From the NCBI RefSeq assembly GCF_009914755.1, contig NC_060926.1: 64,000 nt of DNA, one strand, 5' to 3'. This document shows, in pieces, positions 26,598-40,621 of the stretch; position 1 is the first letter of the stretch, and each line of letters begins with the position of its first letter. The notes below the pieces were generated by a model. The model was not told where the DNA came from and did not search any database. It saw only the letters and a program-made list of their open reading frames with translations. Made by a program: the position numbers and the translations under genes. This DNA is from the human T2T-CHM13v2.0 reference genome, Homo sapiens.

Positions 26598-28027
26598 AGG
26601 CCTGTCCCTCGAGCTTTTCGCCTCCCCTTGCCACAGGCCTGGGGAGTCATAAATAGGAAGACCTTTCTCAGAAAATTTCCCTTAAGCCTCCTGAAACTTC
26701 TCCCCCTAGTCCTGCCCACCCTCTCACCATCCAGAATCACTTGGAGGTTTTGGGAGCCTGGGCAGGTCCCTGCCTGTCTTCCAGGCTGGGAGCCCCGAGT
26801 TGGGGGGTTTGGGGGCACACACCTTCGACTTCACCAGTGGAGCAGCTTCGGAGCTTCAGGAACCAGCTTCTTCTAGGGCAAGGAACAAGTGAATCTGACT
26901 GTGTTTATCAAAGAGCGGGTCCAGGATAGCTGGGCGCTCACCACATCCTCCCCTGACGCTGGTGAAATTCGCTCCTTCAGCAGCCAGAGGCCTGGCCCTG
27001 CCCTCGTGGGGCATCCTTTCCCTCCAAGGGGGGAAACCTGCCCACCAGGGGGTTTGCAGGGTGACCACTTGGCCCAGAGCTGTGCAAGAAGTGCTCCCAA
27101 GCCTGCCCCAGAGAGCTGGTCAGGGAACAGGGGCAGGGGCAAGAGCTGAACCCTAAGAGACACGGGGAGGGAGGAGGATGCTGGAGGAGGGCAGCCCAGG
27201 TGCAGGCACAGGCAGGAGGGGCACGGGGTTGGTGAGGGCCCGGGCACCCTCTGCACCAGGGTAAGGGGGGAATGGCAGGAGCCGAGGCTGGAAGCTGGCC
27301 AGGCAGGAACCAGGGGCACGGGCCGCCCCGGGGTCCCAGGGAACACACGCTTGGCACAGGGGCAGCATGTGACAGACCCACTGGGGCAGCAGGGGTTGGG
27401 TTGGGATGAGGGCACCAGCAGCAACAAGAAGGAATGAGGGCAGGAGTGGGGACGTCAGAGTGTCTGAAAGAAGGATCCAGGGCATCTGAGGCAGCCGGAC
27501 TCTGAAGATAGCCTCAGCAGGTCTCTGGCCGCCACTCCCCACAAAGCAGCTCTGTCAGCTTGGGCTGGTTGCCTAACCTCTCTGAGCCCATTTCCCCAGC
27601 CGCAAATTGGAGTTACACATCCATTCAATCAAAAAATGTTTGTGGATCATCTCCTAGGGACCAGGCAGTGGTGGTGAAGACAGATGACAGTACCTGTCTC
27701 AGAAAACGTTGTTTTAGGAGTCGGCATGGTAACAGGGGTAAGTGTACCCAGGAAGTGCCTGGTACTCAAGCAGTGACTGAGGCCCCCATTCCTCGTTGAT
27801 TTATGCCTGCCTTTGTCTCCCCTGCTGGGTCTATTTGAAGGAAAAGAAAAAAAAAGGAGTAACATTGATAATGAGACCCTCATGATCCAAGGAAAAGGGG
27901 TCCTAAAAATCAGAGGAAGCCCCAACAGAGAGAGGAAGGCAGGGGAACTCAGGAAGAAGAGGCAAAGAGAGGAAGATGAGCAGCACCTGCCCCCACCCTC
28001 TGCTCCAACCCTCCAGGTGCGGCCTGG

Positions 28028-28100
28028 AGACAGACTCAAAGGGTTGAGCTCCAAGAGCTGGGCTAGGCAGGGACTTGCCCCAGGCCCCATCCTATGGCTC
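28028..28100 (+). repeat. Copy 2 of a ~74 bp dispersed direct repeat
   Basis: About 88% identical by eye to 26524-26597. Confidence 0.85.
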
Positions 28101-28159
28101 CCCATCTGGCCTCTCCCCTCCCATTCTGCCGGGAACACTTCTGTTCCCAAGCCCCACTT

Positions 28160-28305
28160 CTTTATTTTATTTTATTTTTTGTAAAAATAGAGATGGGGTT
28201 TTGCCATGTTGCCCAGGCTGGTCTCGGACTCCTGGACTCAAGCGATCCCCCACCTCGGCCTCCCAAAGTGCTGGGATTACTGGTGTGAACCACTGCATCC
28301 GGCCA
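28160..28305 (-). mobile_element. Alu left monomer (FLAM-like)
   Basis: Single reverse monomer flanked by repeated 'ccaagccccactt'. Confidence 0.85.
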
Positions 28306-29584
28306 CCAAGCCCCACTTAAACATTGAGCCCGGATGACTCCCCTGCACGGTCAGCTGGGTGCTATACCACACGAAGCCCGTTCCTGGAGCCTTTGCCAAG
28401 TCCCTGAGGACTGACACCCTGCCCCCTAGGTGCTCACAAAGACAGGAAGGTGCGTGCCCCCAAGCCCCCCAACTCGAGGCCCTGATAATCCCCCTTAGCA
28501 ATTGAAGATGTCTCCTTGAAAGTGGGCCCATGGTGGCTGAGGTCAGTGATGCTTAATGTCAAGGCAGAAGGGAGTAAAACACGCAAGGGGGCAGCAACTG
28601 TCCAGAATGCAGCCTTCCCCTCCCATGTCACCCCACGTGCCCCTCTGTCACTCACTGGAAATGTAACATCAAGGTTACAGGAGAAGGTTGCAGATGCTCA
28701 GATATCTGTGCCTTCTGTTCTTGTCATGATCCAGCCAATTCTTTTAGAGCCACCAAGCTTCTCCCTGCAGTCATCCTGCCCATGGCTGTTGATGGCCCTG
28801 ATGGGGCTTGGAGCCCCCAGAATGTGCAGAAGTTGGACAAAGGTGGTCTTCAAATGCAATGGTTGTCTTATCACCGAAAGCCCACGGCATCCAGAGGAGG
28901 CCCTTTACTACGAAGTTTACAGAGAGCACAGGTCTCTGTACGTCCCAAGTTTCCCCTGCTGCCAAATGCAGGGGAGGAGAGAATTCTGGAAGCCCACCCT
29001 GTCCCATGGCTCCCCTGGCACATGGAGCCACTGAATGTCTTGTGAACATTAAACAAATGCTTCCAAGTGAACACCTCTGGCTCTGTCTCATCCAGGTCCT
29101 CCTGAGGCCCTCCTGAGGTTTGGCGCTCAAGGGAGCAGAGTCCTGGGCTAAACCCTGGCAACAGCTTCCCAGCATTCCCTCCACTCCCGCCGGGCAGCCA
29201 GGACCCCCCCGCCTCCCACCTGGGCCTTGGGGCCAGGAGTCAAGGAATGAGGGGATTCTGCTCACCTCTGAGTACCCCCTCTGGCCTCCCAGCAGCTCCC
29301 TGTCCAGGCCACCAGGTCACAGCTACTGAGCTACACTTGTTTATTTCTCAGGGACACGGGGATAGGAGTGTGAGCAGATGGTGGACCCTTTTGAAATACT
29401 TATTTTCTTTTATGTTTCCTGTTGCATAAAGTGTACTATTTCCTTTGCCCACATGCCCATCAGGAGCCTAATATTCTGTTTTCCACTTTAGCTATTGAAT
29501 TCCTATTCTTCTTACGTGTTGAGTCTTTTCTCCCTACTTCACCCCTTCCCACCTCCCCTACACACAGACATTTTTATCTTTGGG

Positions 29585-29950
<366 letters not shown>

Positions 29951-31930
29951 TAATTGTGTCGTTCGTCTCCATGAATTATCCTGTAGCACTTTAATAATGA
30001 ACCTATCTTCACCCTTCTGTAGTTTGAGTAACTAGGACATTCATTTCCTTCCTGAAAGTCTTTTATTTAATTCTGATTTTTAAAAAGTATATATTGGGGT
30101 GGAAGGTAAAAAAATCTTCTCCAATACTGAGGGGCTGACAGGTGAAGGCTATGGGGAGGTCCCCACCTGCCCTACCTACCCGCCACTCCCCCGGGAACTG
30201 TGCCAGCACTCACACCCTATTCTCCTGCAAAACGCTTTGTCCTGAGAGCCTTACCCCACATGCAGAGCTACCACCTCTGCTCTTTAATGCCATCAAATAT
30301 CTTCCAGGGCACACCACACTCCAGTACCTGGCTCAGTCTTCATCTCCACCCCAAGTCCTCCCGACTCTTCAAGGAGACGTCATTGCCAATGGTGACAGCT
30401 CCCTCCAACACTGACCCTGCCTGTCCTGAGGACCACGCCGAGGGCAGTACACTTTACAAATTAAGTCTGTTCATTCTCCAAACACCCTGGGAGGTGCAAA
30501 CGATCAACAGCCTTGTTGACAGAGGAAGAAATTGAAGCACAGAGGGCTGGAGCCCTGTGCCCAAATGTGCACCACGAGCTTGATGCAGAGCTGGGATTGG
30601 GCCTAGGAGATGGCACCTAGAGAGGCCGATTTCTACCTGTCCCACCTTGCTGAACCCTCACCAACCCCATGAGGCAGGACCCACAGGCACTCCCACTTTA
30701 CAGGGTGGAAATGGAGGCATTGAGAGGTTTTGGCAACTCGCCTGATAAGCCCACTTGTTAAGACGCTGAGCAGGAACACAGTGCACCTGCTGCTGCCACA
30801 GGCCCCGACCGCTGCACCCACGAGGGCCCCACTTCACAGTCTGGCCTCAGGGTGCGACCTCCTGCTGCTCTCACCCCTGCCCATTAGCCCCATCCCCATG
30901 AGAGCATGCGGGGCCCCTCTGCTCCCCTTCCTTCCACACCCTGAGTGGTGCCCCACTCCACTGCCCGGGCCACCCCTGGCCCAGTCCATTCGCCTGCTTG
31001 CCCACTCCACCCCAGCCCCTTTAGCCCATGGACAATGCTCCTGGAGCCAAAGGGAACCATCCAAATGGCAGTCTCAGGGCACCAGCACCCCTCACCCCTT
31101 CCCTGGTGGTAGGGCAGCCCCACCCCAGCCCGGTCCCGTCGAGGCCACTCCACACCTCAAGGCCTCACCTCCAGCTCCTCACCATCCCCAGACAGCCTGG
31201 CCTCCAACTTCACAGAAAAAAATCTCGGTTCTGAGGCGTGAAGCTCCAGCTCCTTGTCCTACAAACCAGCCGCGGTCTGCACCCAACCAAGTGACAAAGG
31301 TACTCTGCTGCTTAGAGAAACACCTCCACGCCACCAGCCCGCCGACCTTCTCTGGGCGCCTGCCCGTCAGGTGGTTGCAGCTGTTTGTGGGAGGCATCCA
31401 GAGGGCAGGAAACATGTTAGAGGAATTCACAAGATTAAAAACTCATTCCCTACATAATTGGTGCTGAAGGCAGAAAATTACCACCGGCTGGATGGATATT
31501 GTTTCTATCATCTAAGGTGACTAGAAGTCTTAATTTGTGCATTATATCATTTTGAAATTACAGAGATTTCTGTAAAGGTACATTGCATTCTGTTACATAA
31601 TGCACATAACGTTACATGAAGGGGAAGCTACTATGGAAGGAAAGTCTTCAGTGTTCATTAAAATAGTTGGATCTACACCTCTTCTAAATGAAGACAGCAT
31701 GGCTGTGAATGTTTATATGATAAAGGTACATAAAGCTCCGAACAGAAGGACATGTTCATTACAAGGACAGTCTCCACGTGGGGCTCGAAACTGGCCAGGT
31801 CCTGCCTCTTCCAGCTGCCCAGCTGTGTCTGCACGAGCCCCAATCTCTTGCTTCGTGTCTGGCCGTCATCCTAAACCAGGCCTCTCTCCCACTCTTGCAC
31901 CACCTCCTCGCTTCCTGTGACAAGGCACAC

Positions 31931-32607
31931 CCTGTTCTAGCCCAGGCTCGGCCTGGGACTGCCTCCATCAGGGCCTCAGTCTGCACATCCCTGTAGCTGT
32001 GCTACAGGCAGGACTGCTGCTCTCTCTCTCTCTCTCTCTTGCATGCGCTCGCTCTCTCTAATTCTCTACATGTGAGGTCACAAGGACAAATCCTAAGGGA
32101 ACAGAAGCCGGACTGAACTCTGACTTCAGAGCCCCAGGATCGTGCTCTCACGCTGATCTTTGGCAACGATGAAGGGAAAATGGGTCTGCTTTCACCCGGC
32201 TGCTTCCAGCCCACTCCTTTCCCTGCCCCTTCCTGCCTCTTCCCCCTTCCCTGCTACCCTCCATCACTGCCTTCTGGTCCTGTGCCCTGTCGCCTCCTGT
32301 GGGCCTAGCCAAGCTCCCATCTCTCACTGGCTGCCCACTGACTTTTTGGAACCTGGAAGGCCTGCCGCCTTGCAGGCCCCTGAAGTCCCCTGCCCCGCCC
32401 AGCTCCCCCCTTCCCTCCGCCCTCTCTGCCTGGCCTGCCTCTCTGCTCTTCACTCTTCCTGTGCTCTTGACTTCCCTTCTGGCCTTTCTCTGGCCTCCAG
32501 CCACCTGGGCAGACTGCTCCACTGCCCCATCTCCCTCCCATCCGTCCACCGCATCCTCCACCTGCCCTCCGTTGGCCCTTCCTGCAAACCGTCTCCTGGG
32601 GCCCTGA
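31931..32607 (+). repeat. Copy A of a ~700 bp inverted local duplication
   Basis: Collinear with the reverse complement of 41885-42637, including exact AGGTCACAAGGACAAATCCTA and GAACTCTGACTTCAGAGCCCCAGG. Confidence 0.9.
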
Positions 32608-34947
32608 TGTCCCTGCTAGGGGAAGTCAGGAACCTACTGAACACACGGGGCAGCCCATGGTGTGCAGCTGCTGGGCAGCCTGGCAGGCCCTCCAGGAAGC
32701 CCCCATCTCCAAGGGAGCTCTCAGCCACCTGGGGACTGGCCTGTGGCAGTGGGTGGCTGTCCCTCCTCAGGTTGGTCCACAGGCCAAAGAAACTAGAGCA
32801 ACCTCCTTTCATGTCCACCCTCAGTCCCCTTAGGCTTTCAGAGCGGCCATAGAGGTGGTGGCTGGACTCAGGGGACTCAGGGCCTCTCTCCTTACAGGGC
32901 TTGCCTCTTATCCAGGAGCAGCAGCCCCTGCACCGGCAGCATTCCCCACTCCTGGAAGTCAGCGTCTCCAGGAGGCAGGGCGGGGGCTCCCTTGGCAGGG
33001 CAAAGGCTGCCTGGGTGGGGGCAGTGACAGCAGCGGGATGAAGCTCTGCTGTGGGGGTGGGAGATGCAGGATGCAGGGGATGTGTCCGCTAGGAGAGGCA
33101 TTGCCAGGTCTTCCCCAAGAGCTCAGCCTCTGAAGTTCTTGACTTCAGTTTCTGAGGCCACATCTGCAGTCACCCCAAAGCTTCCGGTGACCACCCCAGA
33201 GGTGCTGGGTCAGGCTGTGGTCACTTCCTGCCTCCCTCTCCTCGCCTCTATTGTCACCTGGGCTCAGGGTGCTTTCCTTGCCCACCTTTTCAACCCTCCT
33301 TTCCAGTGCTAATAGACTGGACTGTCCCCCAGGGGCACTGGCCTCGGTATATGGGCCGCTTATTTGGAGAGACCCCTCCCTGCACTGGCTGTTTCTCCAC
33401 CTGCCCCTACAACACAAAAGGCTGACAGAATATGGTGATTTCTAACCCAGCCCTGGCCCTGGAATCACAAAACCTAGGTCTGCATCAGGGCCAGCACCTC
33501 TCTGCACCTCTCTCACCAAAAGCTGTGGAACGAGCACCGAGTACTGATTCCAGGTTTCTGGTCCCCGGCCTCTCTCCGACCCCAGCACAGCTGCTCTTTC
33601 TGCCCCTCAGGGATGGGGGTTAGTTCCCGGGACCAAATGTGAGATGACCACCTCTGTGAACAGCACAAGTATCCACTGAAAGCCCCAACCCTGAGCTCTT
33701 GGTCCCAGGGGAAGGAGGACACAGGTCAGAAGAACCAGGGACAGCCAGCCTGACCCAGCCCAAGTGCTTAGCAAAATGCTTAGAGCCCGGCCGCCTCCCT
33801 CCCCGGGGCCCACTCCATGCTGACTCCTGGTAACCTCTGGGCAGGAGTCAGCCTCCCCTGGGGAAGATTAGCATCCGGACGCCTCGGGGTGGCCCTGTTT
33901 GCTATCTGGGGTGGGGTGAGGATGACCATCTGTTCTGGTTTGCCCAGAATGGATGGGACTCCTGGGGGGACTCTGGACCTTCAGTGTTAAACCCAGATAG
34001 TCCCTAAGAGTGAAGAGCCGTCACTGCAGGTCGGCAAGGGAGCTTTGGGGATTGAGCCCTCTCTTCAGTCGGGGTTTCCCACCCTGACTCCACCCACCAA
34101 GGAAGGGCATTGTCCTGTTGGGTTGGGCTTCCCCCACCCCCACCCAGGACCCCTACATTCTGCTGACTGCGCCCAGGGTGCCCAGAGCCTCTCTGGCTGC
34201 CAGGACACACGTGGGTTACCTCCTTCCTACCACCTGGACAAGTGACACACAGGCCCCTTCATGCCAGAGACACACGGGTCTCAGAGGAAACGCCTGGGGT
34301 GGGGGGCACTTTTCCTCTCCCTCAGAGATGGTGGCAGGACCCGCAGCCTCAGCACCATCGTGACCACATTTCCAAGAGAAGGCTCCTGGCGCTGTGGTCA
34401 GACAAAGCGGCGGTGTTTTAGTTCAGGCTGCCTGGAACACATCAGAAAAGGGGCCTCAGGTTACACAGAGGCAGGCACGTCTTAGGAACTAGAGTGTGTG
34501 GTCCCAGCCCGGCAGCCACTCCCAGCCCCAGCGCAGCCTCCTGTCTGGATGAGGGGCCCAGGAAGCGAAGGCTGACGGGCTCCATGGACCTGTTTATTAC
34601 CAGGAAGTCTTTCCTTCTGAAGCTCCTAGGGGGCCTTGAGTGAGTGACTTGCTTTGGCTGTAAAAGGGGTTTTGCCCAATTGATTGAGTCCTAGGGTCTC
34701 GCACAATTGTGCTGTGTGTTGTGGTCTTCCCTCAGGCTTTCACAGGCTCACAGCCAGAACTGTGCGCACCCATCCAGATGTCAACACACACACACAACAC
34801 ACCCAGAGATTCACATGTGCATGCCCTAGATGGATCATGGGGCAATTCTAAAGGAAATGCAGCCCTGGGCTCTGGGACTGGGCTGGGAGGAGAGGGGTTC
34901 CATTTTGGACCGGAGGGTACGGAATACCGACACAGGGGAATGGAGAT

Positions 34948-35171
34948 ACAGGTTCAGTATCCTTTGTCAGAAACGCTTGGAAAAAGAAGTGTTTTGGATT
35001 TTGGATTTTTTTAGAGTTGGGAATATTTGCATTATACTGGCTGAGCATCCTAAAACCAAAATCTGAAGTGCTCCAATGAGCATTTTCCTTGAGTGCATGT
35101 TGGCGCACAAAAAGTTTTAGATCTGGAGTATTTTAGATTTTGGACTTTTGGACTTTGGATGCCCAGCTTGT
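34948..35171. mobile_element. Tigger4a/MER46A (TcMar) MITE
   Basis: Terminal inverted repeats caggttcagtatcc / ggatgcccagcttg, TA flanks, internal 'gtgctccaatgagcattt'. Confidence 0.8.
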
Positions 35172-35453
35172 ATATACTGAGGAGTCATCAGTATCAGCAT
35201 GAGGGAGGAAGCTTGTGAGTTTGTAGGAAATAACATGCAGTGTGAGAAAATAAAGAGTGAACTGTGGGGAAGAGAATATTAAAGAGGTTGGCAGAGAGAC
35301 TGGAATGCACAAAGGTGGAAAGGAGTTAGTCAGGGGTAGGAGAATTGCAAAAGCCAAAGGGAGATTCCAGACAAAGGCTGGCCAGTATGTGAAGGAGCCT
35401 TGAAGGTAAGCCAGTGGCCAGTACTGAATTTTGGCAGAGGAAACCAAGAACAC

Positions 35454-35832
35454 TGGTATGGTTTGGCTGTGTCCCCACCCAAATCTCATCTTGAATTGTA
35501 GTTCTCATAATCCTCACATGTCGTAGGATCGTAGGAGGAACCTGGTAGGAGGTAATTGAATCATGGGGGCGGTTACCCTCATCCTGTTCTCATGATAGTG
35601 AGTGAGTTCTCATGAGATCTGATGGTTTTATAAGGGGCTTTCCTCGCTTTGCTTGGCACTTCTCTTATGACGCCATGTGAAGAAGGACATGTTTGCTTCC
35701 CCTTCCACCTGACTATAAGTTTCCTGAGGTCTCCCCAGCCATGCTGAACTGTGAGTCAATTAAACCTGTTTTCTTTATAAATTACCCAGTCTTGGGTATG
35801 TGTTTATTAGCAGCATGAGAATGGACTGATAC
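35454..35832 (+). mobile_element. THE1 (C/D-like) MaLR solo LTR
   Basis: 'tatggtttggctgtgtccccacccaaatctcatcttgaattgtag...gaactgtgagtcaattaaacct...ggactgatac'. Confidence 0.92.
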
Positions 35833-36336
35833 GAACATCCTGTTGGACAGCAGCAATGTCCGTAGAGGTTCTGCCTGCAGGAGTGGCTCAAAGGGGACCA
35901 AGGAGAGCATCCAATATGTGGATTTAGGCTCATGAAAGGTAGTTGTCTATAAAACCCTTGAGGCCAGGATTATCCCCAGAGATAAGTCTGATGACAGTTG
36001 TCTTAACACAAAAATGAATTATTAGAATTTCCCTTGAGGTATTACTCAAGTTGTCAAAAGCTGACTAAGTTGTTTGGCTGGAGGCTAAGGGGAAAGTAAT
36101 TTATATTTATGATTCTTCTTTTTATGCTTGTATACAAAGGAATAGAAGTCAGGACTCTTGATCTAACCTGAGCCAGATTTCCTATGTCAAATCCTGTTTC
36201 CCTAGTTTTCCTCTTACCTCCCTAGTCTCCTAAGTTTATTAATAAACTTTAAAACACAATAGGCTTCCTTGAATAAAATGATTCTGATTTTCAGTTGGGC
36301 TGTACGACTGGAAACATTAAGTAAAAATGTATTCTA

Positions 36337-36621
36337 GGCCAGGCACAGTGGCTCACACCTGTAATCCCAACGTTTTGGGAGGCTGAGGTGGGAGGATTGC
36401 TTGAGGCCAGGAGTTTGAGACCTACCTGGTCAACAACATAGTAAGACCCCGTCTCTACAAAATTTTTTTTAATTAGCCAGGTGTGGTGGTGCACACTTGT
36501 GGTCCTAGCTACTTGGGAGGCTGAGATGGAAGGATCACTTGAGTCCAGGAGTTAGAGGCTCCCGTGAGTCGTGATTGTGCCAGTGTGCTCCAGTCTGGGC
36601 AAGAGAGTGAGGCATTGTCAC
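36337..36621 (+). mobile_element. Alu SINE (AluJ-like); its A-tail is displaced to about 37076-37082
   Basis: Alu body ends with no tail and abuts the LTR. Confidence 0.9.
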
Positions 36622-37069
36622 TCTCAGAGATAAATTCTTTTTCAAAAAGCTTTAGGTCCCTGTTCTTTGTTTCTTAAGACCATCTTCCTTGTACTTCCTT
36701 GTCTCCTAGCTACCTGTTCTGTAAACAACCCTCCCCGCCTTTGCCGCACCCAGACAACTCCAGGCACACCTTCCCGCCCAGTAACGGGAAGCCTCTACCT
36801 TCCCGCCTAATTGACCCTATTCAATTTTAAACCTTAGCCAATTGGGCTAGCTTAGATTATGCAGTCCAACCCCAGCCAATGGGGAAAAAACACAGCAATA
36901 AGAACTAATTGCGTTAGGGATAAAAACCCTGCCCTACCCCACTTGGTGTGCTCTTGTGATCGTGACTGGTGCAAGTTGCACCCTTCTGCAGAAGTAAATT
37001 GCCTTGCCGAGAGAGCTTTTTGCTGGAGTGCTGATTCTTCTTTGTGGCACGGAGCATTTATTTCCAACA
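36622..37069 (+). mobile_element. ERV1 solo LTR (LTR10 family, HERV-I related)
   Basis: 'tccaaccccagccaatgggga...gcgttagggataaaaaccc...cacccttctgcagaagtaaattgccttgc...tccaaca'; 5-bp TSD GTCAC. Confidence 0.8.
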
Positions 37070-37311
37070 GTCACCAAAAAAAGTTATTAGATGATAAATT
37101 GTGATTATTTGTTTTGTAGATTTGGGGTAAAAATGTAAACCATAGAAAAAAGTCTTGCCCTGGCTCATTCAAAAAGACAAGTAGTAGAGACCTCATCTAG
37201 AAGAATGTTTATGCTAATTTCTGCAAACTACAAAACACAGATGCTGCCACAACCACCAAACAGAATAGAGAAAATTTACTCAGTAGAACAAGATATTTAA
37301 ATCTAAAATTT

Positions 37312-37607
37312 GGGGCACAGTGGCTCATGCTTGTAATCCTCACATTTTGGGAGGCGGAGGCAGGAGGATTACTTGAGCTCAGGAGTTTGAGACCAGCCTA
37401 GGTAATATATTGAGATCCTCATCTCTACCAAAAAAAATAAATAAAATTAGCTGGGCATGGTGGTGTGCACCTGTGGTCCCAGCTACTTGGGCGGATCACT
37501 TAAGTACAGGAGATTGAGGCTGCAGTGAGCTGTGATCGCACCACTGTACTCCAGCCTGGGAGACAGAACAAGACCCTGTCTCAAAAAAAAAAAAAAAAAA
37601 AAAAAAA
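37312..37607 (+). mobile_element. Alu SINE (AluJ-like)
   Basis: Alu consensus with long A tail. Confidence 0.92.
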
Positions 37608-40054
37608 GCTTAGACTCATTCTCATACTAATAATTGGGGGTTTGTGTAAAACATCACATAAAAAGAAGCCGGCCAGGCAAGGGCCCCCTTAACTGCCATT
37701 TGAGGAAGTGAGGCCATCAGAGTGGGCTTTATATGGAATCAATTTCCTTTAAAAGATGATGTAATACCTTTCACTCCTTCTAAACTATGTAAGAAATACA
37801 ATCAAAGTTCTCTTTCTGTAACCAGATGACCAAAAAAAAAAAAAAACAAAGAAAGAAAATCATTGAGCCATTCCTACAGAACCTGGTCTTTTACCGTGTT
37901 TTTCTGTGAGATGGTTTTAACAAATATTTTATATTGCTTAGAAAAATATTGGTATTTCCTGATGTCTCTTCACTTGAAGGAAAGACTGGGGCAGTTTGAC
38001 TGGGGCTGAGGATGCTGGGATCAGAGAATAAATGAAGATCCCAGGTGCTCATTTGGCTTAACTTCACCAGCTCCGGAAAATCCAAGGCTGTCCTGGAGGC
38101 TGGAGCAGCGGGCAGGGCAAGGCTGGAGGAGGCTCAAGGAGCCAGGGCCTCTTGTCCAGCCACTGGCAGAGGCACTGGGGCAGCCATGTGGGCTCCGTGG
38201 CATCTCGGGACCTTGCCTGATATGAAGGATGTCATTTAGGGCAGGAGACAAAAAGCCTCTAAACCTCATTATTTGTTCATGAGAGCCTCGAGTCTAGCTG
38301 CATCTCTTCTGGGTCTCGGTAAACAACTCCAGGAGGGCCTGGCCTTTTAAAGAGCTCATTAAATATCGCCCCCAAGTAGCACTTCAAGAAGAAAGTCAGC
38401 TGCAGCATGGCTCCCACCTCGCCGCCTGGGGCATGGAAGCATCTAGCACAGAGGGCTCCTGCCGTGTGGCCAGTTCTCGAGATGGAGACTGAAGAGGCCG
38501 ACTAGCCAACAATGAGCACTCGCCGCAACCTACCCTAGACTTCTCCTTTGTCCCTGCAGCCCTGGGGCCTAGGCTGAGCACAGAGAACCAAGAGCTCAGC
38601 TTTGCCCCCAGCAGGCAGAAGGGCTGTGGAGTTCTGGGGGGGCAGGGCTCTTTCCGGTGGCTCCGAGGAGCTGTGCCATTGATCTCCTTACTGGGGTGGG
38701 CATGGCACAGCTCTGCCCGCAGTCAACCCTGTCTGAGATGCTGGTGCCTGGGGGAGCTGGGAGATGTCACAGGCCATAGAAAGAAGGGAGGGTCTTCAAG
38801 GGTGGGGCAGTTTGGAGCCAGGCAATGACAAGCCCTAGATGCTTCCCAGGGAAGTTTCCAAACCAGAAGGGGTGACAGTGGTCTGGGGGTGTTCTTCTCG
38901 GAAGTGGCCCATTTTGTTGCCCTGAGAAGTTGGCATCTCCTGGGCTGCCCAGCTCCCTGGGCTGCAAGAGCTGGAATCTCATACCACTGGCTCCCTAGAC
39001 ATGCATGGGGGAGTCTTCTAGAGCACCTGAGCAGGAGGCCAGAGGATTCACAACCCCTAAGGAAAGGTGTCTGTGGGTCTCTGGCAATAACAGGGCCGTG
39101 TCCATGTAACACTGGAGAAGGGGGAGAGCCTGGCGTGCAGGCCAGTGCTTGCTCTAAAGGGAACAAGGAGCCCGGGTAGAACCAGGTGAGGAGATAGTGT
39201 GGAAGTTGAACGGCCAGCCGGCATCCCCAGGCACGATGGGTGGAGGAAGTCCTTGTTTCGGGAGGAAGCCAGTGCCACCATCCCTCCCCACCCAGGGGCA
39301 AGCAGGCTGCAGCGGGGAGAGACAGTCACAGGCTGAAGAGACATCATACCCCTGGGAGACAGGGGTGTGTTGGCGGGGGCGGGGACAGCTAATCCTCCCA
39401 CCCCAGGCATCTCCTTGGCCTGCCACTGCCACCCCCAGTAGGCCCAAAGTGTCCTGCCAGGCACCAGAAAGAGCCAGTCCTCCCATCCCTGAGCTACGTG
39501 GCCCCCCTGGAGTCCTGCGATGCTGGGACCTGAAGGGTGGATGCAAATGGCTTGGGGCAGCTACAGCCTCCCAGGGGCAGGCGGGAGGCCCTTCAGCCTG
39601 CACCTGGACCAGAGCCCAGCAGCCAGATGGAGAAAGCGAGGAAGGGGGCTAACCGCTCATGGGGTCTCAGTGGGGGCGGCGCTTACACAGCCACCTCCCT
39701 CCTGGCACCCACCCTTGGCATTAAAATTCAGAGCTCAAGGCTGGGGTTTCCTGACAGGCTGCGTTCTCTTCATAATCATCTGCAGATTCAAGGCCATCAG
39801 TGGGAGGGGTCCAGGCTCCCCAGGCCCAAAACTGCTGTGAATTCTGAAGCAGCCCCCTGAAGATAGTGGAAGGTGTCTCCAGAGCATGAACTCGTCCTGC
39901 AGGAAGGCGCTTATCAAGACTGAGAAGTCTGCAGGGGCCGAAGACAGCGTCATTCTGGACCCTGACACACACCAGGCTGTGCTTAGGGAGGAGCCAGTCC
40001 ACACTGTGCCTCCTTAGAGTGGGCAGCACCCTGTGCCCTGTTTGTGAGCTCTCA

Positions 40055-40621
<567 letters not shown>

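Noticed and set aside
27040-28435. CTCF-like motifs (CCACCAGGGGGT near 27042; reverse GCACCTAGGGGGCAG near 28419)
   Set aside because: Motif-only matches that cannot be supported without ChIP data.
36752-36771. p53 site in LTR10
   Set aside because: AGACAACTCC-AGGCACACCT lacks the core CWWG in both half-sites, so it is not credible as a functional p53 element.
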